Shown here piece by piece: positions 1 to 8,346 of a stretch of 37,672 nucleotides of DNA (positions are counted from its first letter, which is position 1; each line of letters begins with the position of its first letter). Under the pieces are notes generated by a model, which saw nothing but the letters and a program-made list of their open reading frames with translations, was not told the origin of the DNA and did not search any database. The stretch is taken from positions 15,793-53,464 of the forward strand of contig CAYJTJ010000001.1 of the NCBI GenBank assembly GCA_964372835.1, written 5' to 3'. Position numbers and translations under genes: made by a program. Origin of the DNA: an uncultured Nitrospirota bacterium (GTDB taxonomy: Bacteria; Nitrospirota; Nitrospiria; JACQBZ01).

Positions 1-1
1 C

Positions 2-1516
2 ACCCGGACCCTTCCCATCCCATCGGGCGGTATCCAGAAGGGGTTTTCCCTGACGATTACTCAGGTGGCCGACCTCAAAGTCGAGAGCCGTTCGGAGCGG
101 ATGTCGGTCTATCCGGGGGAGACCGGCCTGATTCCGTTTAGGATCTCAAACACCGGGAATGCCGAAGATGCCTTCAGCTTCCGAACAACGTTGCCTCCGG
201 AGTACCAGCCCGTCTTCTTCCTGGATGAAAACGAGAACGGCCGCCATGATGGGGGGGAGCGACCGATCCAAGTTACGCCGAATCTGGACGTCGGCCGCTC
301 AGCCTCGGTTCTTCTCCAACTCCGGCTGCCCCAAACGATGCCGGACGGCTTGAAGAAGGAATTCGAGATCCAGGTTTCTTCCCAGTATGATCCCAACATT
401 TCGCAGCTCGTCAAGGCCTCGGTCACGTCTCGGGGGCCGTTGATTCGGGCGGAATTTAAATCCGATAAGGAGCGGGTCAGGCCCGGCGACCGCCTCAGCT
501 ACAACCTGGTTCTCCAGAACGTCGGAACCGCCGAAGCCCGGGAGGTCCGATTCCAGTACGGCTATCATCCGAACCTGATCTTCCTCTCGGCCCAGCCCAC
601 GCCCAACATCGTTGAACAGGCCTCCCGCACGCTGGCCTGGACGCTCGACCGCTTGGGCGGTCAGGCCTCCTTCCGGATGGAGGTCCACTTTAAGGTGGGG
701 GATGAGGCCACGGCGGGTCAGGAAATTATCAACCGCGGAAGCCTCGATATGGCCGCGGGCGGGGAACCGCTCCTGATGGCGTCGCCCACCGTCACGGTTT
801 TGCAGGTGGCGATGGTGAGGTTGGAGGGCTCCCGGGAGGAGTTGGCCGTCACGCCGGGGGATGTCCTGGATCTGCCCTTCGTCGTAAAGAACATGGGAAA
901 TGGAACCGATTCCTTCTTGTTGCGGCTTGAGGCCGACGGCTCGATCGAGGGCGTGATCTACCAGGACCTCAATCAGGATGGTCTCTATCAGCCCAATGAA
1001 CCGGTGTTGTCGGAAACCTCCCAGTTATTGAGCCGCGAAGCCTTTCCGGTCTTGATTCGATTATCGGTTCCGGTTCGGCAATCGGACGGTCAGAAGTTGG
1101 AGGCGCACCTTGTGGCCCAATCCCGCCTCGATCGTGCGATCTCGGCCCGGACGGCCAAACTGCTTCACTACACGCTGCCGATCGTCCATATCTCCACACA
1201 ACAGGGTGCCCGCGACAGCATTCCGGGTGGAATCATCTCCTACCAACTGACCGCGATCAACTCGGGTTCGGGGATTGCCCGGAACGTGGTGATCACCGAT
1301 CTCCTTCCCAACGAGCTGGAGTACGTGAATTCGGATCCCCAGCCCTCGGAACGGCCGGAGGGCGGCTTGGTGTGGCAACTGGCCGAACTGGCCCCGAACC
1401 AAAAGAAGGTCTTCATCGTGAATGTCAAGGCCCGGCCCGGACTCCGGGCCGGAACGGTGATCCAGAAGGAGACGCGCATTCGATATTCCGATCTCAATGG
1501 GAACCGGTATGAGTAA
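2..1516 (+). CDS. Exported/surface repeat protein with alternating CARDB-like and DUF11-like beta-sandwich modules (5' end outside window)
   Basis: Frame 2 is open from nt 2. There is no stop before the GTG at 65 that the ORF track uses and no RBS there, so the gene most likely begins upstream of the window. Four recurring modules carry the signature PG(D/E)x(L/I)-h-x-h-x-h-x-N-x-G. Modules 2 and 4 carry DUF11-type strings (e.g. VITDLLPNELEYV). Modules 1 and 3 carry D/N-rich loops (FLDENENGRHDGGE, YQDLNQDGLYQPNE). Confidence 0.6.
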   Translation, partial: TRTLPIPSGGIQKGFSLTITQVADLKVESRSERMSVYPGETGLIPFRISNTGNAEDAFSFRTTLPPEYQPVFFLDENENGRHDGGERPIQVTPNLDVGRSASVLLQLRLPQTMPDGLKKEFEIQVSSQYDPNISQLVKASVTSRGPLIRAEFKSDKERVRPGDRLSYNLVLQNVGTAEAREVRFQYGYHPNLIFLSAQPTPNIVEQASRTLAWTLDRLGGQASFRMEVHFKVGDEATAGQEIINRGSLDMAAGGEPLLMASPTVTVLQVAMVRLEGSREELAVTPGDVLDLPFVVKNMGNGTDSFLLRLEADGSIEGVIYQDLNQDGLYQPNEPVLSETSQLLSREAFPVLIRLSVPVRQSDGQKLEAHLVAQSRLDRAISARTAKLLHYTLPIVHISTQQGARDSIPGGIISYQLTAINSGSGIARNVVITDLLPNELEYVNSDPQPSERPEGGLVWQLAELAPNQKKVFIVNVKARPGLRAGTVIQKETRIRYSDLNGNRYE

Positions 1517-1629
1517 ATGGGTCCTCGGAGGCCGGGGCCGCCCCGGGCCGAGGAATCGCCCGTCGCGGGTGCGTCGATCCGGGCCGGACGGGATGAGCGG
1601 GGACCCGAGGGGAAGGATCCCCCGTTAAA

Positions 1630-3396
1630 ATGTACGAGAAGTTCTTCCAGTTTACCGAATCCCCCTTCCGATTAACCCCCGATCCCCGATTTTTTTTCTT
1701 CAGCAAAAAGCACGAAGAGGCTTTTGACCATATCCGTTACGGGATACAGGAACGCAAGGGATTCATCGTCGTAACGGGCGAGGTCGGAACGGGAAAGACG
1801 ACCCTCTCGCGGCTTCTCCTTGAAAAACTCGATAAAAAGATCCAGACCTCCATGATCTTTAATCCCAGCCTGGGAACCAATGAGCTTCTCCAGTCCATCG
1901 TTTTGGATTTCGGGCTTCCGGAACAGGCCCGTTCGAAAAAGGCGCTTGTGGCCCACCTGAACCGATTCTTACTTAAAACCCTGGAGGACGGGGCCAATGC
2001 CCTTCTGATTATCGATGAGAGCCAAAACCTGTCGGTCGAATGTCTGGAAGAAATTCGGATGCTCTCCAACCTGGAAACGGACACGGCCAAACTGCTCCAA
2101 ATCCTTCTCGTGGGACAGCCGGAGCTGAGGACGAAGCTTAAGGATCCCAGCCTGCGACAACTCAACCAGCGAATCGCGATCCGCTACCATATCGAACCCT
2201 TAGATCCCCGGGAGGCGGAAGACTATGTGAACTATCGCCTGAGGGTGGCCGGGAGCGGCGAGCGTGTGTTTTTTACGCCCAAGGCGTTCGAAGAGCTTTA
2301 TCGACACAGCGGCGGGGTACCCCGCTTGATCAATATCCTTTGCGATAAGGCCCTCTTGGCGGCCTATGCGCAGGAGAGCCGTGTCGTCGATCAGGCCGCC
2401 GTGGTCCGGGCCGCGGCTGAGATGGATCCGCCTTCCGGTACCGAGGCCGAGAAATCCAACGGGGCCGAGCTCGGCCGGTGGAGCCGGCATGCGGACCGAA
2501 CCGCTCATCACCGTCCGATGGCGGGTCTTATCGCGGGGGGGATCGCCCTTGCGGTGCTCCTCCTCGGAATTTTGGCCGTCGCGATCTGGGGGCTGCCCCG
2601 GGCTTCCGACTCCTCTCTCCGAGACGATGAAAGCCCTCTGCCGGTTCCTTCCATCGCCTCGGGGGCCGTTTCAGGGGGCCGGACCGAATCAGAGCCGATC
2701 CCAACGCGGCCGGACGGTGGGGCCGGTTTTCATGAGCCCCCGGCGATGGCGGCGGACTTTGATGCGGAGGGTGTGTTTCGTGTAACCCGTCCCGATCAAA
2801 CGCATAAGGCATCCCTCCTGACAATTCTCCGTCTCTGGGGGATAGTAATGAACCCCGCTCCTGAGGCGTTTGTCGAATCAAATGACAATCGCCTCATGGC
2901 CGATCAGGGATTATCCTCCTATCCACTGCCGCAAGATCTGTATCAGGCCCGACTGTTCGACCTTCCGGCTGTGGTGAGCGGCACCTGGAGTCGCGGGACC
3001 ACCCAATCATTTGTCGTTCTCGCGGCCCTCTCCGACCACGAGGCCACGATCCTCGATCCCTTAAAAGGGAGGGCCGTGGTTGACCTGAGGCTTTTCAAAA
3101 CGCTCTGGGACGGCCGTGGAACATTGTACTGGAAACCGATGCCGGGAATCCGTCTGCCCCTTAAATCAAAAGGGGAGGACCCTTCCGTCCGGACGATCCA
3201 GAGGGCCTTGAAGGTGCAAGGGCTTTATCTCGGTACGGTGGATGGTATTCTGGGTCCCCATACGAAGCGCGCCATTATGTTTTTTAATCAAAAACAAGGA
3301 CTTAAGGACACGGCGGAGTTTGGGCTCGAAAGTCACCTCGTCTTATCGAGGGTGATGCTCCGGGATGCTCCAGGCCTTCAGATGGACGAGTTATGA
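1630..3396 (+). CDS. gspA: ExeA/GspA-like AAA+ ATPase with one TM helix and a C-terminal peptidoglycan-binding domain
   Basis: N-terminus MYEKFFQFTESPFRLTPDPRFFF, Walker A GEVGTGKTT and Walker B LLIIDESQ are typical of the ExeA/GspA family. There is a single TM segment LIAGGIALAVLLLGILAVAIWGL (~nt 2518-2598). The C-terminus has a PG_binding_1-like string VRTIQRALKVQGLYLGTVDGILGPHTKRAI. It sits directly upstream of a gsp cluster. Confidence 0.8.
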   Translation: MYEKFFQFTESPFRLTPDPRFFFFSKKHEEAFDHIRYGIQERKGFIVVTGEVGTGKTTLSRLLLEKLDKKIQTSMIFNPSLGTNELLQSIVLDFGLPEQARSKKALVAHLNRFLLKTLEDGANALLIIDESQNLSVECLEEIRMLSNLETDTAKLLQILLVGQPELRTKLKDPSLRQLNQRIAIRYHIEPLDPREAEDYVNYRLRVAGSGERVFFTPKAFEELYRHSGGVPRLINILCDKALLAAYAQESRVVDQAAVVRAAAEMDPPSGTEAEKSNGAELGRWSRHADRTAHHRPMAGLIAGGIALAVLLLGILAVAIWGLPRASDSSLRDDESPLPVPSIASGAVSGGRTESEPIPTRPDGGAGFHEPPAMAADFDAEGVFRVTRPDQTHKASLLTILRLWGIVMNPAPEAFVESNDNRLMADQGLSSYPLPQDLYQARLFDLPAVVSGTWSRGTTQSFVVLAALSDHEATILDPLKGRAVVDLRLFKTLWDGRGTLYWKPMPGIRLPLKSKGEDPSVRTIQRALKVQGLYLGTVDGILGPHTKRAIMFFNQKQGLKDTAEFGLESHLVLSRVMLRDAPGLQMDEL

Positions 3397-4097
3397 TTCC
3401 GATCCGCGACGAGAATCCGACATTGCATTTCGCTTTTGTTACGGCGGCGCTGATCGGTCTCAACGTTATGGTCTTTTTTTATCAGATCTCTCTGGGGCCG
3501 CAGGGTGGGGCCTTCATCGGGTCCTATGGAGCGATTCCGTTCGAGATGACTCATGGAGTGACGGCCCTCTCCGGAAAAAAGGGGAGTGTCACACTGTCCT
3601 CCTCCATGCCGATTGTAGGAAAAGTCGTCACCTCGATGTTTATCCACGGCGGCCTGTTTCACCTCCTCGGAAACATGCTGTACCTATGGATTTTCGGCAA
3701 CAATATTGAGGATGTCATGGGTCCCGTTCGATTCACGGTTTTCTATTTGCTGAGCGGGGCGATCGCCGCGTATGCGCATGCCTTGACCGCACCGGAAAGT
3801 ATCGTGCCGATGATCGGCGCCAGCGGGGCGATTTCCGGGGTGCTGGGGGCCTACCTCGTTCTTTTCCCGAGGGCCCGGGTTCTGACCCTGGTTCCGCTCG
3901 GGTTTTTTATACAGTTCGTTCGGCTCCCAGCGATTGTTCTGCTGGGCTTCTGGATCCTGCTGCAGTTCGTCTATGGCACTTTCAGTCTGGGACAGCCCAG
4001 CGGAGTGGCCTGGTTTGCTCATATCGGGGGATTTGTGGCCGGGGCCGTCTTGGTGGGGTTTTTCGGGTGGCGGAGGGTCCGCCGCCGCAGGATATAA
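3393..4097 (+). CDS. Rhomboid-family intramembrane serine protease
   Basis: Hallmark motifs are present: HxxxN in TM2 (GGLFHLLGNMLYLWIFG), catalytic GxSG (IGASGAISGVLGAY) and catalytic His (AHIGGFVAG). About 6 hydrophobic segments. The ATG at 3393 overlaps the gspA stop (ATGA, 3393-3396). Confidence 0.85.
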   Translation: MIPIRDENPTLHFAFVTAALIGLNVMVFFYQISLGPQGGAFIGSYGAIPFEMTHGVTALSGKKGSVTLSSSMPIVGKVVTSMFIHGGLFHLLGNMLYLWIFGNNIEDVMGPVRFTVFYLLSGAIAAYAHALTAPESIVPMIGASGAISGVLGAYLVLFPRARVLTLVPLGFFIQFVRLPAIVLLGFWILLQFVYGTFSLGQPSGVAWFAHIGGFVAGAVLVGFFGWRRVRRRRI

Positions 4098-4108
4098 TGC
4101 CTTGATAA

Positions 4109-4137
4109 TTGAACTTTTCTGAGAAAGGGTCTATACT
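4109..4137 (+). promoter_or_regulatory. Sigma70-type promoter candidate upstream of gspC
   Basis: TTGAAC (4109-4114), a 17 nt spacer, then TATACT (4132-4137). It lies in an AT-rich 98 nt gap between the rhomboid stop and the gspC ATG. The predicted TSS is ~4144, about 50 nt upstream of the AGGAGGG RBS and ATG 4196. Confidence 0.45.
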
Positions 4138-4195
4138 TATTTCCGAGACAACGAAACGAGCCGGTTATACGCCAACAGGCCTAGGAGGGTTTGCC

Positions 4196-5062
4196 ATGAT
4201 TCGCCGAAATCTCTGGATTCTAAATATCGCCTTTCTTCTGGGCTTCAGTTACTTTGTGGCCGACCTCATCAACCTGTTCATCGGCCGTCAGCTCGATCGG
4301 GCGACGCCCTCACCCTCCGTCGCGATCACGACCACGCCGGAGGTGGAAGTGAAACCGGCCGCCGAGCTCTACTCCTCCATCGTCGAGCGAAATATCTTTG
4401 GGATCCAGCCTTCGGCCGCCATCGCCACCCCGGAGGAGATGGTCCAGTCTCCGGTTCAACTTCCCCCGCTTCGGGTTCGATTGGTCGGAACGATCGCGGG
4501 TGAACCGGAGGAGTCCTTGGCCATTTTGGAGGACACGGCGACCAAAGAGCAACGCCTCTATCGCCTTCGGGATTGGATCGAGGCGGATGCCCAGTTAATT
4601 GAAATCACCCGCAATGAGATTTCTCTGCTTCGCGGCGGCACGCACGAGGTACTCTATATCGAGGAGGAGAACGCCTCGGGGCCGTCCTCCACGGCCACCC
4701 CGGCGGCCTTTCCCCCGATCTCCCGTTCGGCGGTCTCCCCGAACAGCTGGGTTCTGGATAAGCAGGAGGTCACGGCGGCCCTCGAGAATCTCCCTCAGCT
4801 TCTCACGAAGGCCCGAGTCGTTCCCAATCTGGGACCGGATGGGAAAAATAACGGGTTCCGCGTCGTCTCGATCGCGCCGGCCAGCTTTTATGAGAAAATC
4901 GGGCTTCGAAACGGCGACGTGCTCCAGCGGATCAACGGGATCGACGTGGGGGACCCTGAGACCTTCATGCGCGTCTTTACCCAATTGAAGGAGGAAAGTC
5001 GGATCACGTTGGACGTGCTGAGGAACAATCAAAAAGAGTCGTTTAATTATGAAATTCGTTAA
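4196..5062 (+). CDS. gspC: Type II secretion system protein C (TM anchor, HR domain, C-terminal PDZ)
   Basis: ATG 4196 is preceded by AGGAGGG (4183-4189). The ORF-track start at 4109 coincides with the -35 box and has no RBS. N-terminal TM is LWILNIAFLLGFSYFVADLINLFI. HR-like segment is LRVRLVGTIAG...LYRLRDWI. PDZ-like C-terminus is GFRVVSIAPASFYEKIGLRNGDVLQRINGIDV. It sits immediately before the secretin gene. Confidence 0.75.
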   Translation: MIRRNLWILNIAFLLGFSYFVADLINLFIGRQLDRATPSPSVAITTTPEVEVKPAAELYSSIVERNIFGIQPSAAIATPEEMVQSPVQLPPLRVRLVGTIAGEPEESLAILEDTATKEQRLYRLRDWIEADAQLIEITRNEISLLRGGTHEVLYIEEENASGPSSTATPAAFPPISRSAVSPNSWVLDKQEVTAALENLPQLLTKARVVPNLGPDGKNNGFRVVSIAPASFYEKIGLRNGDVLQRINGIDVGDPETFMRVFTQLKEESRITLDVLRNNQKESFNYEIR

Positions 5063-6617
5063 GGGGTCCTCGAACGGCGGCTTCCGGGCGGATCGATTGA
5101 GGAGGGGCCGGTTGTCGTATCCTTCGCGTTCGATTCGCCTCTTCGCGGGGCTCGCTCTGGGGGCCTTTCTGTTCACGGTTGTCCCCCCGCGTGTCCAGTC
5201 CCAGGAAACGCCCCCGGCCCAACCCCTCCCTCCCGCCGAACCCGATTTTCCAAAGCCGAACCGGGAGCGGATGCTGACGCTGGACTTCAATAATGTGGAT
5301 CTTCCCGTCTTTGTGAAGTTCGTCAGCGAAATCATCGGAAAGAACTTCATCATCGACGAACGGGTCCGTGGAAAGGTGACGATTTTCTCCCCGGCTAAAA
5401 TTCCGGTGGATCGGGTGTATGATGTGCTTCTGTCCGTCCTTGAGATTAAAGGTCTGACCGCCGTGATCACGGGGGACATGATTCAGGTCCTCCCCGCGGC
5501 CGACGCTCCGCCCGAGCGGGATATCCATGTGTACTACCTGGAGAACGCCAATGCCGAGGAGGCGGCCAAGCTCCTAACGAGCGTGGTCAGCCGCACCGGG
5601 GCTCCCCCGGTGGCCGGACGGCCTGGGACGAGAGCCCCGGGCGAGTTCGAGGGGATCGTCCAGATCATTCCGGACAAGGCCACGAACGCCCTCTTGATCA
5701 CGGCCTCGCCTCGCGATTTCGAGATGCTCAAGCTTGTGATCCAGAAGGTGGATGTGAGGCGCCGCCAGGTGTATGTGGAGGCCGTCATCATGGAGGTGGG
5801 CCAGGATCGCCTCCGAGAGTTGGGAACGGAGCTGGGCGCCGCGGGCGGGTATCAGGCCAGCGACAGGTCCGCCACGGTCTTCGGCGGGTTTAATCAAGCC
5901 CCCGAAGATATTCTGGCCTTGGCCAACATTCCGGGCCTTGATTTGGGTGTCAGTACCATCAATGTCAAGGTCCTGCTTAAAGCGCTCCAGAACACATCGG
6001 ATGTCAATGTCCTTTCGACACCCCAGATTCTGACGACGAATAACCAGAAGGCGAAGATCGTCGTGGCCCAGAATGTGCCCTTCGTGACGGGAACGAGCCA
6101 GACCCCGGGGGCCGTTACCCAGCGTCAGATCAACCGCCAGGATGTGGGCGTAACGCTCGAGATCACGCCCGAGATCCTGGAGGGGGATCGGGTCCGGATG
6201 GATCTCCGGCAGGAGATCTCGAGCCTGGCCGAGACCCCCCAACCGGTTCTGTTGGAACTTGGACCGACCACGAACAAGCGCGAGGCCACGACCACGGTGA
6301 TCATTGCCAACCAGCAGACGGTCGTGATCGGAGGGTTGATGCGCGATGACGTTTCGACCGTCGATCGGAAAATTCCTTTGTTGGGGGATATCCCGCTGAT
6401 CGGATGGCTTTTCAAGTTTCAGTCGAAACGGATCAGCAAAACCAACCTCCTCATATTCCTCACACCCCACATTGTCCGTGAGAACCGGGATCTGGACCAA
6501 ATCCGGCAGTTGAAGAGCGAGGAAATGCGGAAGATCACGGCGGGCGGGATCCTCAAAAATCAGAATTTCAGGGACGATTTCCTGAATCGTGTTAACCCAC
6601 CGCAGGACACGAGGTAG
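5049..6617 (+). CDS. gspD: Type II secretion system secretin (short form, 522 aa)
   Basis: Signal peptide LFAGLALGAFLFTVVPPRVQSQE. N0-like domain LTLDFNNVDLPVFVKFVSEIIGKNFII. Secretin core ending in the hallmark IPLLGDIPLIGWLFKFQSK...LLIFLTPHIV. Overlaps the gspC end by 14 nt. Confidence 0.9.
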   Translation: MKFVKGSSNGGFRADRLRRGRLSYPSRSIRLFAGLALGAFLFTVVPPRVQSQETPPAQPLPPAEPDFPKPNRERMLTLDFNNVDLPVFVKFVSEIIGKNFIIDERVRGKVTIFSPAKIPVDRVYDVLLSVLEIKGLTAVITGDMIQVLPAADAPPERDIHVYYLENANAEEAAKLLTSVVSRTGAPPVAGRPGTRAPGEFEGIVQIIPDKATNALLITASPRDFEMLKLVIQKVDVRRRQVYVEAVIMEVGQDRLRELGTELGAAGGYQASDRSATVFGGFNQAPEDILALANIPGLDLGVSTINVKVLLKALQNTSDVNVLSTPQILTTNNQKAKIVVAQNVPFVTGTSQTPGAVTQRQINRQDVGVTLEITPEILEGDRVRMDLRQEISSLAETPQPVLLELGPTTNKREATTTVIIANQQTVVIGGLMRDDVSTVDRKIPLLGDIPLIGWLFKFQSKRISKTNLLIFLTPHIVRENRDLDQIRQLKSEEMRKITAGGILKNQNFRDDFLNRVNPPQDTR

Positions 6618-6626
6618 TTCTGATCC

Positions 6627-8339
6627 ATGTCCCGCTCGTGGCATCGAATCGGTCAGATCCTTCAGGATAAGTTCGCGGTTTCGCCGGACCAGATTCGTGA
6701 TGCGCTCGCGGTTCAAAAAGAAAAGGGGGGACGCCTCGGCGAAATTCTGGTCAGGGCCCGGGCCGTTAAGGAAGGGGCCGTGCTCGAAGCGCTCGGTCTT
6801 CAGTTCCAGCTTCCGTATCAGCCCGACCTTCTTCCGGGCCAGGTGAATGCCGCTCTTTCTGAAAAAGTCCCGATCGGGTTTGCCAAACGGTACGAACTGA
6901 TCCCGGTCCGCGAGGAGAACGGTCGCGTGGTGGCGGCCCTCTCCAATCCGCTCCAGATGGCCGCTTTGGATGATGTGCGGGCGTTGTTGGGAAAAGATAT
7001 TCGCCCCATCCTCGTGCCGGCCAAGTCGATCCTAAACTGCATTCACCAGGTGTACGACCGGCCCACGGACTCGGCCCAGCAGGCCGTGGAAGACTTAAGC
7101 GCGGAACCTTTGGACCTCCTGGCGAGCGAACTTGAGGAACCGATCGATCTCCTGGAAGCGGCGGACGAGGCGCCCATAATCCGCCTGGTGAACTCGACCC
7201 TTTTCCAGGCCGTCAAGGATCGGGCCAGCGACATCCACATCGAGCCCTTTGAACGAGACCTCGAGATCCGGTACCGGATCGACGGGGTGATGTACAAGAT
7301 TCTGACCCCTCCCAAGCGTTTCCAGTCCAGTATCACCTCCCGGATCAAGATCATGGCCGGACTGAACATCGCCGAGAAACGGCTCCCGCAAGACGGACGA
7401 ATCAGCCTCAAGATCGCGGGCCGAGATGTGGATATCCGCGTCTCCGTCATTCCCACGGCTCACGGCGAACGCGTGGTGTTGAGGCTTCTGGATAAGAGCA
7501 CCCGCCTCCTCGACCTCGAGGAGATCGGCCTGACGGCCGAGGACCGGCAGATCATGCTCCAGCTCATCCAGATGAGCCACGGGATTGTCCTGGTCACGGG
7601 ACCCACCGGAAGCGGGAAGACGACGACCCTTTACGCCGGGCTCAGCCGGATCAATTCGCCCGACAAGAACATCATCACCATCGAGGACCCGATTGAATAC
7701 CAGTTGAAGGGCATCGGGCAGATGCAGGTGAATCCGAAAATCAATCTGACGTTTGCGAATGGTCTTCGATCGGTCCTTCGGCAGGACCCCGATGTCATCA
7801 TGGTGGGCGAGATTCGGGATGTGGAGACGGCCGAGATCGCGATCCATGCCTCCCTCACGGGTCACCTCGTATTCTCCACACTTCATACGAACGATACGGC
7901 CGGGGCGATCACCCGGCTACTCGATATGGGAATCGAGCCGTTTCTGGTTTCGTCCTCCGTGATCGCGATCGTCGCCCAACGGCTGGTCCGTTGGATCTGT
8001 TCGGACTGCCGCGAGGGGTACACCCCCACCCCGGAAGAGCTCGCCAAACTGGGTTTCAAGACCGAATCGGTGAGGCCGGCCTTCTACCGCGCCGTGGGTT
8101 GTCCGGCCTGCATGCGGACGGGCTACCGCGGCCGGACGGGGATCTACGAAACACTGCTGATCGACGAGGAGATCCGCCAGATGATCCTAAGCAAGACGGA
8201 TTCGAACCAGATCAAAAACCGTGCGATCGAAAAGGGGATGAGGACGCTGCGGGATGACGGCATCCGCAAGGTGGTCAACGGGGTCACGACGGTGGAAGAG
8301 GTGCTTCGGGTGACCCAGGAAGAACTGGTGATGGAATAG
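6627..8339 (+). CDS. gspE: Type II secretion ATPase (GspE/PilB family)
   Basis: Walker A GPTGSGKTTTLYA, Asp box/Walker B DVIMVGEIRD, His box GHLVFSTLHTND and tetracysteine CSDC...CPAC. N-terminal T2SSE_N/MshEN-like helices. Confidence 0.92.
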   Translation: MSRSWHRIGQILQDKFAVSPDQIRDALAVQKEKGGRLGEILVRARAVKEGAVLEALGLQFQLPYQPDLLPGQVNAALSEKVPIGFAKRYELIPVREENGRVVAALSNPLQMAALDDVRALLGKDIRPILVPAKSILNCIHQVYDRPTDSAQQAVEDLSAEPLDLLASELEEPIDLLEAADEAPIIRLVNSTLFQAVKDRASDIHIEPFERDLEIRYRIDGVMYKILTPPKRFQSSITSRIKIMAGLNIAEKRLPQDGRISLKIAGRDVDIRVSVIPTAHGERVVLRLLDKSTRLLDLEEIGLTAEDRQIMLQLIQMSHGIVLVTGPTGSGKTTTLYAGLSRINSPDKNIITIEDPIEYQLKGIGQMQVNPKINLTFANGLRSVLRQDPDVIMVGEIRDVETAEIAIHASLTGHLVFSTLHTNDTAGAITRLLDMGIEPFLVSSSVIAIVAQRLVRWICSDCREGYTPTPEELAKLGFKTESVRPAFYRAVGCPACMRTGYRGRTGIYETLLIDEEIRQMILSKTDSNQIKNRAIEKGMRTLRDDGIRKVVNGVTTVEEVLRVTQEELVME

Positions 8340-8346
8340 CCCCGCC

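Noticed and set aside
1523-1553. GC-rich hairpin after the repeat-protein stop (CCTCGG...CCGGG/CCCGG...CCGAGG)
   Set aside because: The stem is interrupted by an asymmetric internal loop and is followed by AATCGCCCG rather than a U-run. It may attenuate read-through into gspA, but it cannot be called an intrinsic terminator.
4093-4098. Perfect TATAAT overlapping the rhomboid stop codon
   Set aside because: There is no acceptable -35 (GCGGAG at the 17-nt position) and no TG extension. The TTGAAC/TATACT pair 16 nt downstream is a much better promoter.
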